Part shown: positions 13,901-28,232 of the stretch, piece after piece
Numbering within the stretch: position 1 is the first letter of the stretch
Layout: each line of letters starts with the position of its first letter
Source of the DNA: Tubiluchus corallicola
Lineage: Eukaryota > Animalia > Priapulida
Assembly: GCA_030141605.1 (NCBI GenBank)
Contig: JAQGDQ010000429.1
Span: 135,160 to 199,159 of the forward strand
DNA length: 64,000 bases
Direction: 5' to 3'
Notes under the pieces: model-generated
Told to the model about the DNA's origin: nothing
The model's input: the letters and a program-made list of their open reading frames with translations, nothing else
Databases searched by the model: none
Translations under genes and position numbers: made by a program

Positions 13901-16900
13901 TATGTGTTAGATAGTAACACTTTTTTATTTGCCTGTAATACTGTGTCTTAAAAACTTCCATTCTGTTCAATCTTTACATAATTGTTTCTAGATTCAAGTC
14001 AAATTATGTTTTAATAGTTACTGTAAAACATTTGTTATCATGTTTTACTAACAGATAGTTAGCTTGGATTTAGGCTTAATAGATCTACAGCAGCACTTGT
14101 AAATGCTCATCTTAGATGGCGCTATTATTTGGCCAACGTTAGTTTGAACATCAACACTGACTGTATAGTGTATTTATGGTTACTCTTGTTATTAAACTTC
14201 CTTTGACGTGTTGCATTCTTCCATTAGCTTGCCAAGTCTACAATTAAAAAGTAAAATGATTTAAGAGTTTTTGATGTCAGCTAGTGCTTTTGCACAAATA
14301 TCAAGTTTAATAACGATTACGAGTGTGGATGAATTTAGACTATGTCTGTGTTGTGTGATGTTATATAACTCATGTGAAATAAACTGTTTGAAACTGAAAA
14401 ATCTATTTCCTAGCATTGCAGCACAAAACAAAAGTTTTAATCCATAACAGTTTCAGAAAAGTTACGTATTACCTTAAGGCTTGCATAATCTCTGATCATC
14501 TTGTTTTCACAACATAATCGTACGAAAGTGTCTGCCACAATTTCTTTCTCTGCTGTTAGCTCTTGTGCACCAGCAGTTTCTGCAGTTAATTGTGTGGCTT
14601 CTTCCACATTATCTATATTTTCTTTCTCTACTTCTACGTCAGCATTTGATGAACAGCTGTCAGCACCTGCACCAAAGTTATCCTCTTTACATGCAAAAGT
14701 CTTGGTACTATCTTTACTCATTGAGACATGTTCCAAGTTCAACACCTCTTCACTAAAGTCTTGATCACTTTGTGATGTTAAGCTTGATTCTTTTCCACCG
14801 AAGCCAGTTTTCTCCTCATCTGTTTGCATTTCTTTCTTCTCATTTAGTAGCACAATACTTTCTTTTACTAGTTCATCATCTCTAGTTTGCACTGTTTCTT
14901 CCAGCTTTAACACAGAAGCATCACTCTCCTCTGTAATTGAAGCAATATCAGAATGTGATTGGTCTATATCGGTTTTTATTTCACAAATTCTCGATTGCAT
15001 TTTTTTCAACAACATCTTCAGTTGATGATTCGCTACTACAACTTCTTCATACTCTTTTTTCTTGTGGTTAACGTCTGACCTCAATTGTCCAATAAGCTTT
15101 TCATTGTCATCGTTACATGTTACAGATAATTTGATCTCATCAAGCTCTTTAGTTAGTGAAGTTACAATCTGCTGCAATTGGTTGATATTTTCTATTTTGC
15201 TGGAAAGATCTTGTTGGCAACATGCCAATTTATCTCTAGCACAATGCAGAGCAGCACTTACTGCTTCAAGATCCTCCTGCTTTTGTTGTACAGCTGACTC
15301 AGCCTCTTTCAACTGATCAGTAACGCTACAAAGTCTCGAGCTGCCATCTTCTTGGACAGCAACAATATCGGCCAGTTCTTTGGTCAGCGACTGAACTCTG
15401 TTTGCGAGTTGTTCATTCTGGACTCTCACATGTGACACTTTTTCAAGTTCTTTTCCTAGCTGCTTTATTTCAAAGCGACATTTCTCTAGATCCGTTTCTA
15501 AAAGCTGCTTTGTCACCTCAACAGCAGCGCAGTTGGTTTCCAGATCACATATTCTACGCTTGGCAGCTTCATTGTCCTCCATGATCACTGCAATCTTGTT
15601 GTTCAGCATTGATTTTTCCTCACTAAATGACTTCATTTGTTCATCTCTCACCGAAATTGAGCATTTCAAATCTTGTTCACGTGAACTCAGTGTGATTCTC
15701 AGCTGCTGTACTTCACTTTCACAATGTGCTAACTTGGCTGAGGTAACCGTTAGGTTATCATAAAGAAGTTGACGCTCATACTGCCTTTTTTCTTCCTGTT
15801 TACTGACATTGCTAAACACGACCGTCATTGCTTGTAACTTCCTATCAAGCATGTCTCTTTCATTCTTGACAACATGGAGAGTACTCGTTAGAGCTTTAAA
15901 CTGATTTTCTATAATTTGTAGCTCCTTTATTCGTGACGACGCAGAGTTAAGCTTATTACATATGTCGCTATGTGCACTCGATGCTTCTAAAAGCTGCTGC
16001 GTCAAGTCTTCATTTTGTTGTTGCAAATTCTCAGAGGAGGCAGTTTGTTCCTCTAACTGCGAAATGATAACTTTTCTTTCAGCCAGCTCTTTCTTTGCGG
16101 CCTCCAGCTTGTTGCTGAGTTCGTTGTTGTTGTTACACAAAACTGCAAAGTCTTTCACCGTTTTTGCCCTGGCTTCCTTCGCGAGTTCAATTTCATTCTC
16201 TTTTTCTTTAATTTTTGCTTCCAAATCGTTTGCAAGTTTTTCCTTCTCATGAGCATTTTCTATCGCCTTCCCACGAGCTACCGCCATTTCGTCGAATTGT
16301 TTTCCTTTTTCATCTAATTGCAAGTTTAAATATTTGATTGTCTCCTCTCCTTCTTTAATTTTTGACTTCAAATGCATACACTGTGCCTGTAAAGCAGCTA
16401 TCTCTACAGATTTGTTTTGCTGTTCAATTGCAAATTCAGAAATTTTACTTTCCAATTCCGCATTCACTTGCGACAGCTTTGTTGTAAAATTCTTCTCATG
16501 CTTCTGTTTATTACACATGTCCTTCTCCATATTTGCTAGGTCTCCTTCCAAAGTGCATTGTCGGTCATTCATTATGATCATTGTATGCTCTGATTTTGTT
16601 ATTTGTTCCTGCAGCAGGGCTTTACTATCTTCGAGGCAATCTGAAAAAAGCAATAAATAAATGCTAGAAACAAGAAGTATTATCCAGCACCATCAAACAG
16701 TTTATGGACCATCTATATAACTTGCAGTAAGACCTTAATCCATTTCTGGATAAGTTTAGGACAATTATTTGAAGAGTTAGTAGACTCTCACCCTATTGTG
16801 TTTGTGACTTCCATACTGTCCTTCATAATTAGTACACCAATATACATAGAAAGTGCAAGAATTCTACTACCTTTTTACAAACAATGTAAAAAATGATCGA

Positions 16901-19900
16901 TTTACAAGCTTATAGTTCATCCACATAAAGTCTGGCTTCACAAAGCTTTCTTAATATATTAAGTTTGATACTGTTTATAGATGTAATAGTAAAGGAAAGC
17001 TGTTTAAAATAATGATATAAGATCAAATCACCAATTAAATTATAAAATTAAGAAAGACGTTAATACTTGACGATGCAAGACCATGCCATGACGATGCCAA
17101 ATTATCGTTTTGGCTAGAAGGCCAGTTAGATGTGGCATATCGCGTGATGACCAGCTGATGTTTGACCGGCTGAGTCAGAAGTAAAGATTGTTGATGTAAT
17201 CTTTATGCACAGAAGCTCAGGGCACATTAGGTAGTTAGACAAAAGGATTTCGAGATCCGCACCTTGGGTAGATTACGAACTGTCTTGAAGATGGAGGGCT
17301 GGCATTACTATCCTCTTATGTATACAGTGTTGTGTTTGATCTTTAATAAATGTGCAGTTTGCTGAATAAGGTCTTGACAGTGTCCCACACGCAATCTTGA
17401 CGATCCACAGCCACCAACACAATAAACAACAACAACCAGCAAGCAGCTATAGCAACTATCATAAACAGACTTTAATTCATCAGAAGCAGATATTATTTTA
17501 CTATAACTAAATCTTTGCAAGACCTCTTTGCAGTGAGTAAAATTTTAAAATGGAACAACCAACTGAACATGAGCATGAAGGCCAAAAATACAAGTCAGCA
17601 CAAATGTAATGAGATGCATGCACTCAGGATACAAAATAAGTGGAAGCATGAGATCAGCCATTCTTTAAATAAATGAGATGTAGAAAAGTGAGCAGTTGCT
17701 ACTAGTAGCAAAGACTGATTACACCAACCAAGTTGCTGCATTCAATTCGAAAAGAAAAAGTTTCAAACTTGACAACCCTATTTTGCCCACAGTTTGCAAC
17801 TAGGTAAGCATAACTAAGAAAATGATGTTTTACAGCAGTACAAAGACTAAAATAATCCAATAAGTTAAGCAAATATAATAGGTATGATTAATAAACCTAT
17901 TTACCAATAATATATTCCTGCTCGTCAATCTGGGCCGATAAGGATTTGATTTCATCATTTGCCCTCTTAAGTTCCGGTTCTAGACACTCCAACAATTCTA
18001 CCATCTCCTCCTCCAGTTTTAGCTGCGTCTCTTCGATTTTTCTCTGATGAGTGCCTAAAGTAAGACAATTTGTCATCTACATAACAACAAAAAGAAAACA
18101 GCAAAAAAGTCAAAAGTTAAGTACTGTACAACACAGTTTATTTATTTATTTTATATGTTTGATACACTGCAAATCATAATCCAAAACTCAATAGAAGTGC
18201 CTATTCAATATGAAGGTTGTGGCGGGACCGCAACCGATCTGATTATCATGAATAATCCTCCTCTCTGATAAGATAATGAATGGCAGTCAAGAACACACAC
18301 ACGTATGAATAGATAAACCCAAAGAAGAAATCGTGCATGGAAATTCCAGCTAAATTGTGCCGAATGCATGCTGCTTCAAATATTTTAATGATAAAGAATT
18401 TATGTAATTGAAGTGGTGACTTATTTGAATTCATAATTTTAAGTTTGAATTGAATTTGAATTAAAAAAACTCGTTTGATCGAATTTGAACTTTCGAATTC
18501 GATTTGAATATTCGAACTTAAACGCACGATGCTCAACCTTACTTAATACTTGTCTCGGCGAATGTACTTGCTTAACTCCTAATCATGATAGTATAACATT
18601 ATTATATCAGTGGCCCACGGGTCTCAAAGAACTCATGTAGTTGAAGTGGTGACTTATTCAAATCCAATAATTTTAGGTTTGACCTGAATTTAAATTGAAA
18701 AAAAACTCGCTTGATCGAATTTGAACTTTCGAATTCGATTTGAACATTCGAACTCAAACGCTCGATGCTAAGCCCTACTTAAAACTCGCGCCGGCGAATG
18801 TACTTGCTTAACCCCTAATCATGACATTATAAAATCATTATACCAGTGGTCTATATGTCTGCTGTAATAACAGTGGTGATTTGGAAAGTTGTACGCAAGA
18901 TGATCATGTAATAGTAAAACTACCAGCGAATTAAAAATTAGTGGTAAAGAAAAGGGAAATAAAATTATTCTCAGTTACTTAGTGAAGTATTATGAGCTGG
19001 TAAATGTAAGATATGCATTTTGGCTGGGGAAGGGTTTCTACAAGATCCTACCTGTGACCGAAAATTCATTTATCCCAAATTGGGACTGGACTTTTAAAAA
19101 ACCAGCCCTGTGTGTGCTGCAAAACAAAACAATCTAAATCTCGTATTCAAGTCCCCAAACTATCGTTGCTCACAATAATCAAGAAAGGTATCATAACACA
19201 AACATTTTCAGCTATAATAACTGAAAAACCCAAATACAGAAAAGTAGCTGCATTAGTCAAATTACTATAAGTACCTACCTCTGGACTGCAGTTTGCGTCG
19301 ATACTCACACTGTGCTGTTAATAAAATTTGTATGGAAACAATCTTTGACGTAATTGTTTTGTTGAAGTGAAATTGCTGACGGACCATTCCCACACGATGC
19401 CGCAATGATGTCCGTTCCTAAGTGCAAAACAAAAAAACTATATTATAATTCTCCTGCTTTTCACTGAATAAAAAATGATACAGTTCTAAATGTGTGCATT
19501 TAATCTAGAACATTTACACAGCCAATTGCGGGAATTTGGAAAGAGAAAAGAGAAGCCGGGCTACACGATGAGGTGAGTCTCTTTTATTATAAGTAACTCC
19601 AGCCTACAAAAGCGGAATGGTTCCAAGATGGTTCCCCGAGAAAACATTACAACACAAATCCATTATTGTGACGTCAACCATTTTTTAGTGCAGCTGTCCT
19701 CACTATCCTACTATTAACTAACTACCACTTTAAAGAGACAAAAAATACTAAACTGCTAGGTAAAATGGTAATGGTGTATGCTACGCAGGATGTTCGTGCG
19801 TTATTAATTATATCCTATCTACCTTTGCTTACAAATATAAACTGGCTTTAGTATGCAAATATATGTCTATAAGTCTGTTGCCATCGTTAAACGGGCAAAA

Positions 19901-21796
19901 AGAAAAAGCAAACGCCGTGTACAATATTTATGTATTATTGATTATCAATCAATTTATGAGTAAAAGATTTTTGAAGGGTTTTCGTTAATTTCACTTTAAT
20001 TAATTTTGGTTATTTCAAACAAGTCAAAAAGCAATCAATTGGCACAGGATTTACTGAAACTCAGGAGAAAATGGTCGACTCGTCTCTTGATTCTACAAGC
20101 TACATACTTGTCACAAGTTCTTTATTTTACCATCTTAATTTCAAGATTATTGATTAATGATGGAACGAAGACATAGTTATTGAATTTGTGAAGCCAAGCT
20201 TGACTGAAATGGAAGAAATGTGGCAAGGAATACTTCGATTTAAATTGTTCAGTTTCACAAACAATTTTACCTTTGCCTTCAGAATGTCGTTTCCGCGCCT
20301 GAAAAATTTTAGTTCATTCTCAGATTTAGAAAGCAGAGACTCCAGTTTTGTTTTTGCATGCAATGTGCTGGTCAGTCGAGATTCCAACTTTTGCATTTCT
20401 TCTTCTTTCTTTGTCAGAGCAATGTCTTGTTCAGAACACTGTCTGAGCAGACGCTTTACCTAAAGAGCAGATAAAATGGCTCAAAGTTATTGTTTCTATT
20501 TTGGACATGATGTACAAATACATTGCTTTACTTGTTCTCAGACATTAATCAATTACCTGACTGCAACTTGCGTTCTAGAAAAATTAGTTGTATTTGTTAA
20601 CAAATGATGCCATATTCAAATTAAAGCCTTTAGCTGATGTTTAGCAGATTCAATTGGAACTTCATGTACGAGTCTATCGTCAAGCTCCAAAAAATACCAC
20701 GTAACTAATGTACAAATAAACGGGAAAAAGTGCATATGGTGGCTATACATATTAACTCTATTTAACTGTTAACTTCTACTAGAGAGTATTTTGTACAGTA
20801 AGTCCTTGTTTAACCATGGTGAACATTTACAAGCTTTTCACAATCAATGATGCATGCTTCACATTAAAGACGATTTTTTACTTTGCTAAAAGCAATTTTT
20901 ATTCTAACAACAACTTTTCTACATAGTTTGAAGCATGAAAACAGTATATATTATATTATTCCTGTTCCAAAAACACACTAGTAACCTAGAACAGTACAAT
21001 ATCATTTATGTTTCTGCTTCCCGACTGACTGCTAAATGCTAAAGCTGTTTGTATAAAGTGAAATCTATTTGCAGTTAACTCCGAGGCTTGTACTGTGCAG
21101 TGCTTAACGCTAATTGCTTAAGACTTCAACTTCAACGTTAACATAAAAGAAACAGCTAGCTAGGTACTGATAAGAAAGATAGGTGGCTTTAAACAAACAG
21201 AAAGAAATTAATCAGTAGAAATATGAATAAAACTCATAGAATGTTTAATTTGCACGAATTAAACAGCACCAATTCTTGCTTCTAGAATCTAGAATGTATG
21301 TCGATTCTTTTACATTACTTTCAATGGAAGTCTTACTTTCATTTAACGAGGTTTTGCTAGAACGCAATAGCATCAGTAATGTAAGCCGTGCAGGAGTCAC
21401 TGAAAGTCATTATTTGTTTTGGAAGTAGATAAAACTATACTTTGAAAGAGCACTTTACACTGTGTTTAGCTGGTATTTCACTGCTGAATCATTAATTTGC
21501 CAAGGACAAAATCATTTTTACTGTAACGTTTTTAAAATTTAATTACTCAGTGTTTGCATTTGGCAAACAATGTTGCTAGTCATATTTTCTAGTTTACATA
21601 AAACAAAACCTTAAGATTGGCACTCCAACTTTTTGAACAAACCAATTTTCAACTTAGAATTAAAAAATTACTATATATACATACACAGCTGCATATACAA
21701 TCATACATATATGTATGCAGTATACAGCTCCAGGGCAAATGTTACCTCTTTATCATCAGCTTTTCTTCTGCTGTTGGCCATAATATAGGAGCAATC
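10969..21796 (-). CDS. HMMR: Hyaluronan-mediated motility receptor (HMMR/RHAMM) orthologue, long coiled-coil spindle protein
   Basis: Phase-consistent exons 21796-21746, 20459-20271 (KEVKRLLRQCSEQDIALTKKEEEMQKLESRLTSTLHAKTKLE...NDILKAK, like HMMR N-terminal EKEIRVLLQERG...NELLKSK), 19417-19279, 18054-17905, 16640-14473 (large coiled coil), 13610-13511, 12678-12590 (SLLSKTEPFR), 11883-11707 (YASLLGHQNKKQKIRHILKLKEENLALK, the HMMR C-terminal bZIP-like motif) and 11121-10969 (..QKENVLSN*). The 5' exons are uncertain. Confidence 0.88.
11261..11498 (-). mobile_element. tRNA-derived SINE in the last HMMR intron
   Basis: The - strand head GGCGGCATAGCTCAGTGGTAG (box A) ... GTTCAACTCC (box B) is followed by ATACCAAAGACCTAAAAATGGTACC (resembles, from memory, the conserved MetaSINE central domain) and an (ATT)n-like tail. 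Confidence 0.75.
18403..18849. repeat. Tandem duplication of a ~210-bp TE-end-like unit (18403-18612; 18637-18849)
   Basis: Two aligned copies of GAAGTGGTGACTTATT...GATCGAATTTGAACTTTCGAATTCGATTTGAA...GGCGAATGTACTTGCTTAAC...CAGTGG. Confidence 0.85.
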
Positions 21797-22199
21797 CTAA
21801 ATTAACGTCCTACAAGGGAATGACTCCTATCCTATTATTCTCAGCTAAAAATAAAAATGATATAAAGATAGGTCCCAGGGTATAAATATTTTCAGTCTTG
21901 TTCTTAGTATGAGTAAAACAATGAAAAGGTAGGTCGTCATGATAACACTTGGCCTGCATAAGCCTTTTCCAGCGATTGAAGATGATCATCAAAAGGTCAA
22001 AGGTTAAGTGAACCAGACAATGCATTTGGGTGCACTTGAAAAAGCCCGCACCCAATGGTATTATATAATGGTAATAGTTTTAGCAGCTAGCAAGACCCTT
22101 ACCTAGTTCATTTTTGCGTGTTCCCAAGCAACATCCTGCTAATAAATCACTATACACACAGGTTAATGCATAATTAAGTAAAGTTCACGTAAAAGTTCC

Positions 22200-23400
22200 A
22201 ACTACAGACCGATACACCAATTATATGTAAACTTCTTGAGAAAGTAATTAGAAATGCTATCTACGACCATCTCATTATCAATAAGCTTATTACTGTCTCT
22301 CAATACGGAATCATAAAAGGAAGTTCCTGCATTTTAAACCTATTTGGGCCTTTAAATGACTGGCAAGAAGCTCTGGATGAAGGGCCTTGTGCTAACGTAA
22401 TATTTTATGATTTGCAGCAGATTTTCGATAAAGTTTCACATAGAAAACTCCTGTAAAACTTGCCACACATGGGATCTCTCCCAACATCTACAAATGGATA
22501 GAAGACTTTCTTAAAGACCGCTCACGTGTTCGAATCAACTGTAAGAAATCTTCATGGAGACCCGTTAGGAGCGGAGTGCCACAGGGAAGTGTATTAGGGC
22601 CTATACTATTCTTTATGTTCATCAACGATGTACCAGACAAGTTAAATTCATCAGTGAAAATATTTGCCGATGATACCATTTGTCTACAGGATACTGAAGC
22701 CAAATATTCACTACCATAGACTCCAAAATGATATTAGTCTATCAGACTCATGGTCACAAACCTGGCAGATGCCATTCAACAGGGAAAAGTGTAAGGTTCT
22801 ACATATAGGGAAAGACAAACTCATCGCTACTATGTGTACAACGATACAAATCAGTCAGTTTCAATAATATCAGTAACAAAACAGAAAGATTTGTGTGTTT
22901 TAATTGACCAGTCGCTCACTTTTGATGAACACATTTACAATATATCCAAACAAGCTAGGAATCGATTATGAATGATAAGGCGCTCTTTCAACTATATGGA
23001 TACTGATATGATTACATTTTATACAAAACATTCATAAGACCAATATTAGGCTATGCTGATGTAATTTGGTGTCTATCCAAACTTCAAGCAGTACGTAAGA
23101 TAGAATCTATTCAACAGAAAGTCACCAAGTTAGTACTATCATTTAAAGATATACCATAGGCAGAGACTGAATTTACCATCCCTACATTTCAGAAGAAAAA
23201 AAGGTGACCAAACCATGCTGTATCGTATATACAACAATCTTTCCTTACCAGAATTGACAAAGCCCAGATGTAGAAACAAGAACAGATTCATTTTCAGAGT
23301 GATAAATGATTGGAACTCCCTCACCACATCAGCAGATCAATTCAAGAAGAAGCTAGACATGTATTGGAAAAGCCATCCAATGAAGTTCCACGATCCGTTC
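22200..23400 (+). mobile_element. CR1/L2-clade LINE reverse-transcriptase relic (pseudogenised)
   Basis: Frameshifted translation includes YRPI..IICKLLEKVIRNAIYDHL, SGVPQGSVLGPILFFMFINDVP, KIFADDT and WSQTWQMPFNREKCKVLHIG. Confidence 0.9.
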
Positions 23401-25012
23401 CAGCCTGAGTGGATTCTAAACATTTTTTTTAAAATCCAACTCCTCTGCAACACCATTCCAGTTTATCATCAGTCAACACATATGACCGTTTGCCATACCA
23501 CCACTGACCTTGCTTCCTCACCATACCATGACAACTGCGCTAGGCAGCACTCCCACTTGAGAGACAACATAAATATAAAATGCAAGAGAGAAAACTTGTG
23601 ATAAAGTAATTAACAGAAGTTTTATCAACAGAGACAACTATGAGTAAAAAGCCTACTTATACTAGGCTTCGCTTTGTCGATCTACGGTAATACAGAAATC
23701 TACGGCAACAACAACAAACAGATGGCATCGCAACTGAAGTTATTGAACTGATGCGGCAGACGGTTTGTTTTATACACGTCACAAGGCTTGCTGCTGGGGT
23801 CCACTTAACCTTTGACACAAAGTAACTAAGCAAGCGCACAACGAAACTGTGAAAAGGTTTATTATATTTCACTCAAGCTTAGACAAGATTAGCAAAAATG
23901 CTGAAGGAAATTTAACCAAATGATAATGATTCAGCTTCCACTCCTTAAAAGATATGCATAACCACTTTGTTATTCAACAGTTATATAGATAATTCATTTT
24001 TTACTGTGTGAATAAAAATGTAAAATTATCATGCATAAAAGTACACGTCATAAAGAATGGAGCTTAGCATGTCACTGCAATACAAATTAGTCGTACATAA
24101 AATTAATATTTCTAGGTTGAGATGTCTTTTTGTTTCCAGGGTATCTAAATCAGTAACAATAACACGCTCTACCGACATTTTTATACACATTCGTGAAACC
24201 GCTTTTCAGAAATGGCAAAAGGACGGAATGTGAAAAAGTGCAAATTGACTTCCAACAGACTGCACTTGTCATTACTAGTTTCTAATTTTTCATTGACAAA
24301 AAATTATCGTTGCCTGTGTAAGTTAATGTATATGTTTTCTTTTTATACTGGAACCAATAACTGCATTTTTGTTTTGAGAATTTTTCTGTTTATGCGCTGT
24401 TTCTACTTTTTTCTAATTTCTAATACAAGCACTGCTAAAGAAAATAGATTGAATTAAGTACAGGGCGAAAAAACCACGTGCAATCCGGATTGTTTGAAAC
24501 TTTTGAATTTCGACAGCGGATACAACATTTTTTGGAGCGTATAGTAGAGACTCTTTTTTTAAAATTCCACGAAGAAGAATTATTGCGGTTTTAGATGGTG
24601 TTTTCTTCTTGAAGTTGAAATTAAAAAACGAGTAAGCGCTTTGTTACAGTTTACAGGTATTTCACACTGTTTTTGCCTCGCTTAGCCACGGTTACAGCTA
24701 ACAAGCGGCCAGCATGGGTGAGTCAGAGCAAGAGTGATAGTTGCAGAATTGAAGATGGACAAGTGTAGAGCGCCGAGTACGCCACTAGCCGAACTAGGAC
24801 ACTTCCACTAAAGCGCATTGTGGAAAAGCAGTGTCGTACTTGGGCAGTCCAAGTAGGGCACTGGTGATTTCTGTCGAGAATCGAAAATTATGACATCGTA
24901 AAACACAAAATTAATTTTTTTAGAAATAAAGTAACATTATGATAATGATGGCTGTATAGAATATAACACTTCTACCATTGGTCATTGATGATTAAATTTA
25001 ACAAAAAACTAC

Positions 25013-25061
25013 CTTTGCAAGGCGGGGAATGGGCGTCCCCATTTGATATCCAGGGACGCAC
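25013..25061 (-). CDS. Candidate upstream exon of the HMMR gene (CVPGYQMGTPIPRLAK)
   Basis: Acceptor ttttgtttgaaacag, ATG at 25042, and a phase-0 donor AAG|gtagtt compatible with the phase-0 exon at 21796. A further possible exon lies at about 23809-23663. Not verifiable without transcripts. Confidence 0.35.
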
Positions 25062-26589
25062 CTGTTTCAAACAAAACAGACAACCTGCAAATAATAAACG
25101 CAGGCAGGCGAAAACAAATGCTTCAGACACATAGATTAATCGGAACTCTAAATGCTTTTATTGAAACTTACAAAGATACAAAATAACGCCAAAGTCTGTA
25201 AAAATTTAACACAAAAGCGGTTTTCTTTCCGTCTGCTACAAAAGGTAGTTCCCAACTCCTTCGCCTCCTTGCAAAATAGTTTCACATTAACAAAAAAAGA
25301 AGAAAATTGTTGTTCCCTACTTTCCTTGCAAATATTTAACTGATTCGCGACGGGATAGGCCTTGACAATTTACAAACATATTTTTTACAATAATATCATC
25401 ATTATAATTAGCCCCATTTATATCATCATAACATTGAACTAAGTATCGTATGCTTTAAAGAGAGAAACTATGTAGGGCACATAACTCGCTAACCCGTTTA
25501 CTTAATAGAAAATAATTATTTGTCCAAGAGGTAATTAAACGGATCACCTGTCTGTGAAGCAAGGCCCGAAAAGCAATTTTATTTGACTTCAAAAATATTA
25601 ATATTGAAGCTAAATTTGTATTGGCTGTTCTACTAGCTCAGAATGAAATTCTTTTATTTTTTCAGTTGTATAATAAATTACTCAACGTGTATTGACATTT
25701 TCAATTATTATTATTAAATAAACAAGGACAATGGACGCTGCCAGTACTGTTAAGGACTCAGTTCGTGAACTGTCTCTAGTGTCCTACTTGGGCAGCCCAT
25801 ATATTACGCGGCCTATTTGAGCTGGCCCATGCACGATGCATCCTACTTGGGCTAGTGTCCTACTCTGCGCCCAACAAAGTTATAGATGCGTCTGTTGCTA
25901 GGTTACTAGTAATATTTACGCTGGTGTTCGTTTATTGTTTATTTGAGCTTTCACGCGTTGTGAACAATAGTGACAATTCAGTTATTGTTTTTATGTTGAG
26001 TTATTATTAAATGATGCATTTACTATGGGCCTACGTATATATGGTGTAAGGCGTTCAACTGTTTATAGTAGTTTATAAATTTGAAAAAACTGCATTATGA
26101 GTTCCATGGGTATCTAACATGCATGTACTGTCAAATTTCCATAATGGGACTTTTATATTCATAATTTTGTTGACAAAATAAAGAATATTACAAAGTTACA
26201 CTTACCAATGTATAAATTTTGGTATAACAAGGTTTTTACTAGCTTTTCTCATATTGTCTTGGTATAACAAGGTCCTAAGTGCCCCATCCAATGACAGCTC
26301 ACATGTTAAACTAATCATCCAATTTAAATGTTGTTTTCTTTTCTTTTGCTTCTGCTTTCGTTTGACATTGTTGCTTCTCCATGTTGTGTGCTCCAAGAGG
26401 TCGAGATTCACAGCAGAGAATGTAATTCCTTTTTTTTGGACGAACCAAAGTGAATACATTTGTAACCCCCCAAATAATAACATGGTCAGATAGCTGTGTC
26501 CCGCAAAACCTTAAGAGCATCATTTCGTTTGCCATATTAGTGTTTCTTAAATGGCAGCCTCAACCTGACAATGAAATTTAGCTTACCTG

Positions 26590-26850
26590 GGCACAGTTGT
26601 GTCCAAGAAGTTGATAATATATATATACAGCAACATTGAGAAAGTATTAAAGGTGTAGATTCCGGTTTCTCTGGTGAGGCTTTTGCTGAATGCAAATCGT
26701 AAGAGTCCATGCAAAATCATGCAAATGAGTGAAATGCAATTCAAAGACTTTAAAGCATGCTTAACGTCCACTCAATTCAAGAATTTGCCATTTGCCAAAG
26801 TAGCAATGCTAATGCTTTTTCAGGGTTGACCATGTATATCATATACAGAA
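26590..26850 (+). mobile_element. Possible DNA-transposase relic
   Basis: Disrupted frame SNIEKVLKV*IPVSLVRLLLNANRKSPCKIMQMSEMQFKDFK. Nearby GTGTCCTACTTGGG-type repeats occur at about 24830 and 25779-25865. Family not identified. Confidence 0.3.
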
Positions 26851-28232
26851 TATTTTTCAAGCCCCATCGAAAAGAAAGTGGTTGTTGCTCCACACGTAGT
26901 TCAGACCCACTACAAGCAAGGTGAGAGAGGGACACACTTTTGTTACCAACACCCAAAAAACTCATTTAAACAAAACATGCATTGGAAAAAAAAGGAGAAA
27001 GACCTAAAAACTATATCCACCCCTTAACTCGACTTTTCTCTTACTCGGTGACAACACTCACTCTCCCACGCACCCCACACATTATCTCATTCACAACTTC
27101 ACTTTTTATTGTATTTATATACAGAAATTATTTGTAAATTCAAGAACAGTAACACTATAGTAAAATTTTAACTGGATGCAAATAAATACTTAGTTGAGGT
27201 ATATTATACAAATCATTCTTTATTTGTGTTTGAATTTTCCAATATTTATTTTGGTCTTGTGAGATTGATCAATTTCGTTCCATACGTTTGGTCCTTGATA
27301 ACTGCTTTGCAAAATTTGTTCTGCAGAAAGGTATGTAATTTTCATTCAATCTTATGTTATAATTAAGTTGAATTTGTTTTACTGTTTAGATATTATAATA
27401 ATGGATCCTAATAAGATTAATCTTAACGTAAATTATTGTCTTTGAAGCGTAATTTAACCTTTAGTCTATTTTAATTAATGTTAGGTAAAGTCGTTTTAAT
27501 GTAATGTAATTTAACTTTCAGGTTACAAGAGTTTTTAATAATAATAATTAATCAATTACATTGATATTAAAAGAAGGATACAGCATATTTTATACATATA
27601 TATTAGGATATTAAATTTTACCATGTCATTTATAATTGGAATCTTGCACTCATTATAGCAAGTCAATGGAACATCAGCATGTTTAGACAAGTTATAAAAC
27701 GTACGTAAAAGTTTACGTTGGAGAGTTTTAAGAGATTTGCAATTTAGTGTGGTAAGTTAGACCCCATAGTATATTGCAGGAATGTAAGCACGGAAGAACC
27801 AATTTACTGATTAGTTTACTAATTGCATTTCCGCAGCTGTCATACACCCAATTGGTGCATGTCATTTTACTTTTTTGGCCTGGACATCACCGTCACTCAT
27901 TTTTAGAATTGAATTAACTTGAACTGAGATCCAAAAAAGGATAGAATTTAAACCAATTTTATTATAAATACAAAAAATTCAAAGACGTGGCTATGTGATG
28001 AATGCGTGAACATGGGAAACATTTTCACAAACATTTGTTATTTGTTTGCAAGCTGACGCTAAAGGATTTTCCGTATTTCTCGTAACAAAAGCAAAAACAG
28101 AGACGTAGTGGGTGCACAAGTTGCGTAAGAAATAAAAATCGAGGTGGGGGAACTTGAAAGGTGATGAAGGGCTGAAAAACTGCTTAATTTTGTCAAAAAT
28201 CAGCAAATAAATAATTAGTAGTGCCAGTTTGC

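Noticed and set aside
14501-16660. Several + strand ORFs of 60-108 aa
   Set aside because: They are antisense shadows of the HMMR coiled-coil exon (Ser/Phe/Cys-rich, no independent signals).
1167-21796. Functional clustering of two microtubule regulators (CLIP-170 and HMMR)
   Set aside because: Convergent adjacency with about 6 kb of TE-rich spacer gives no sequence evidence of co-regulation; synteny data would be needed.
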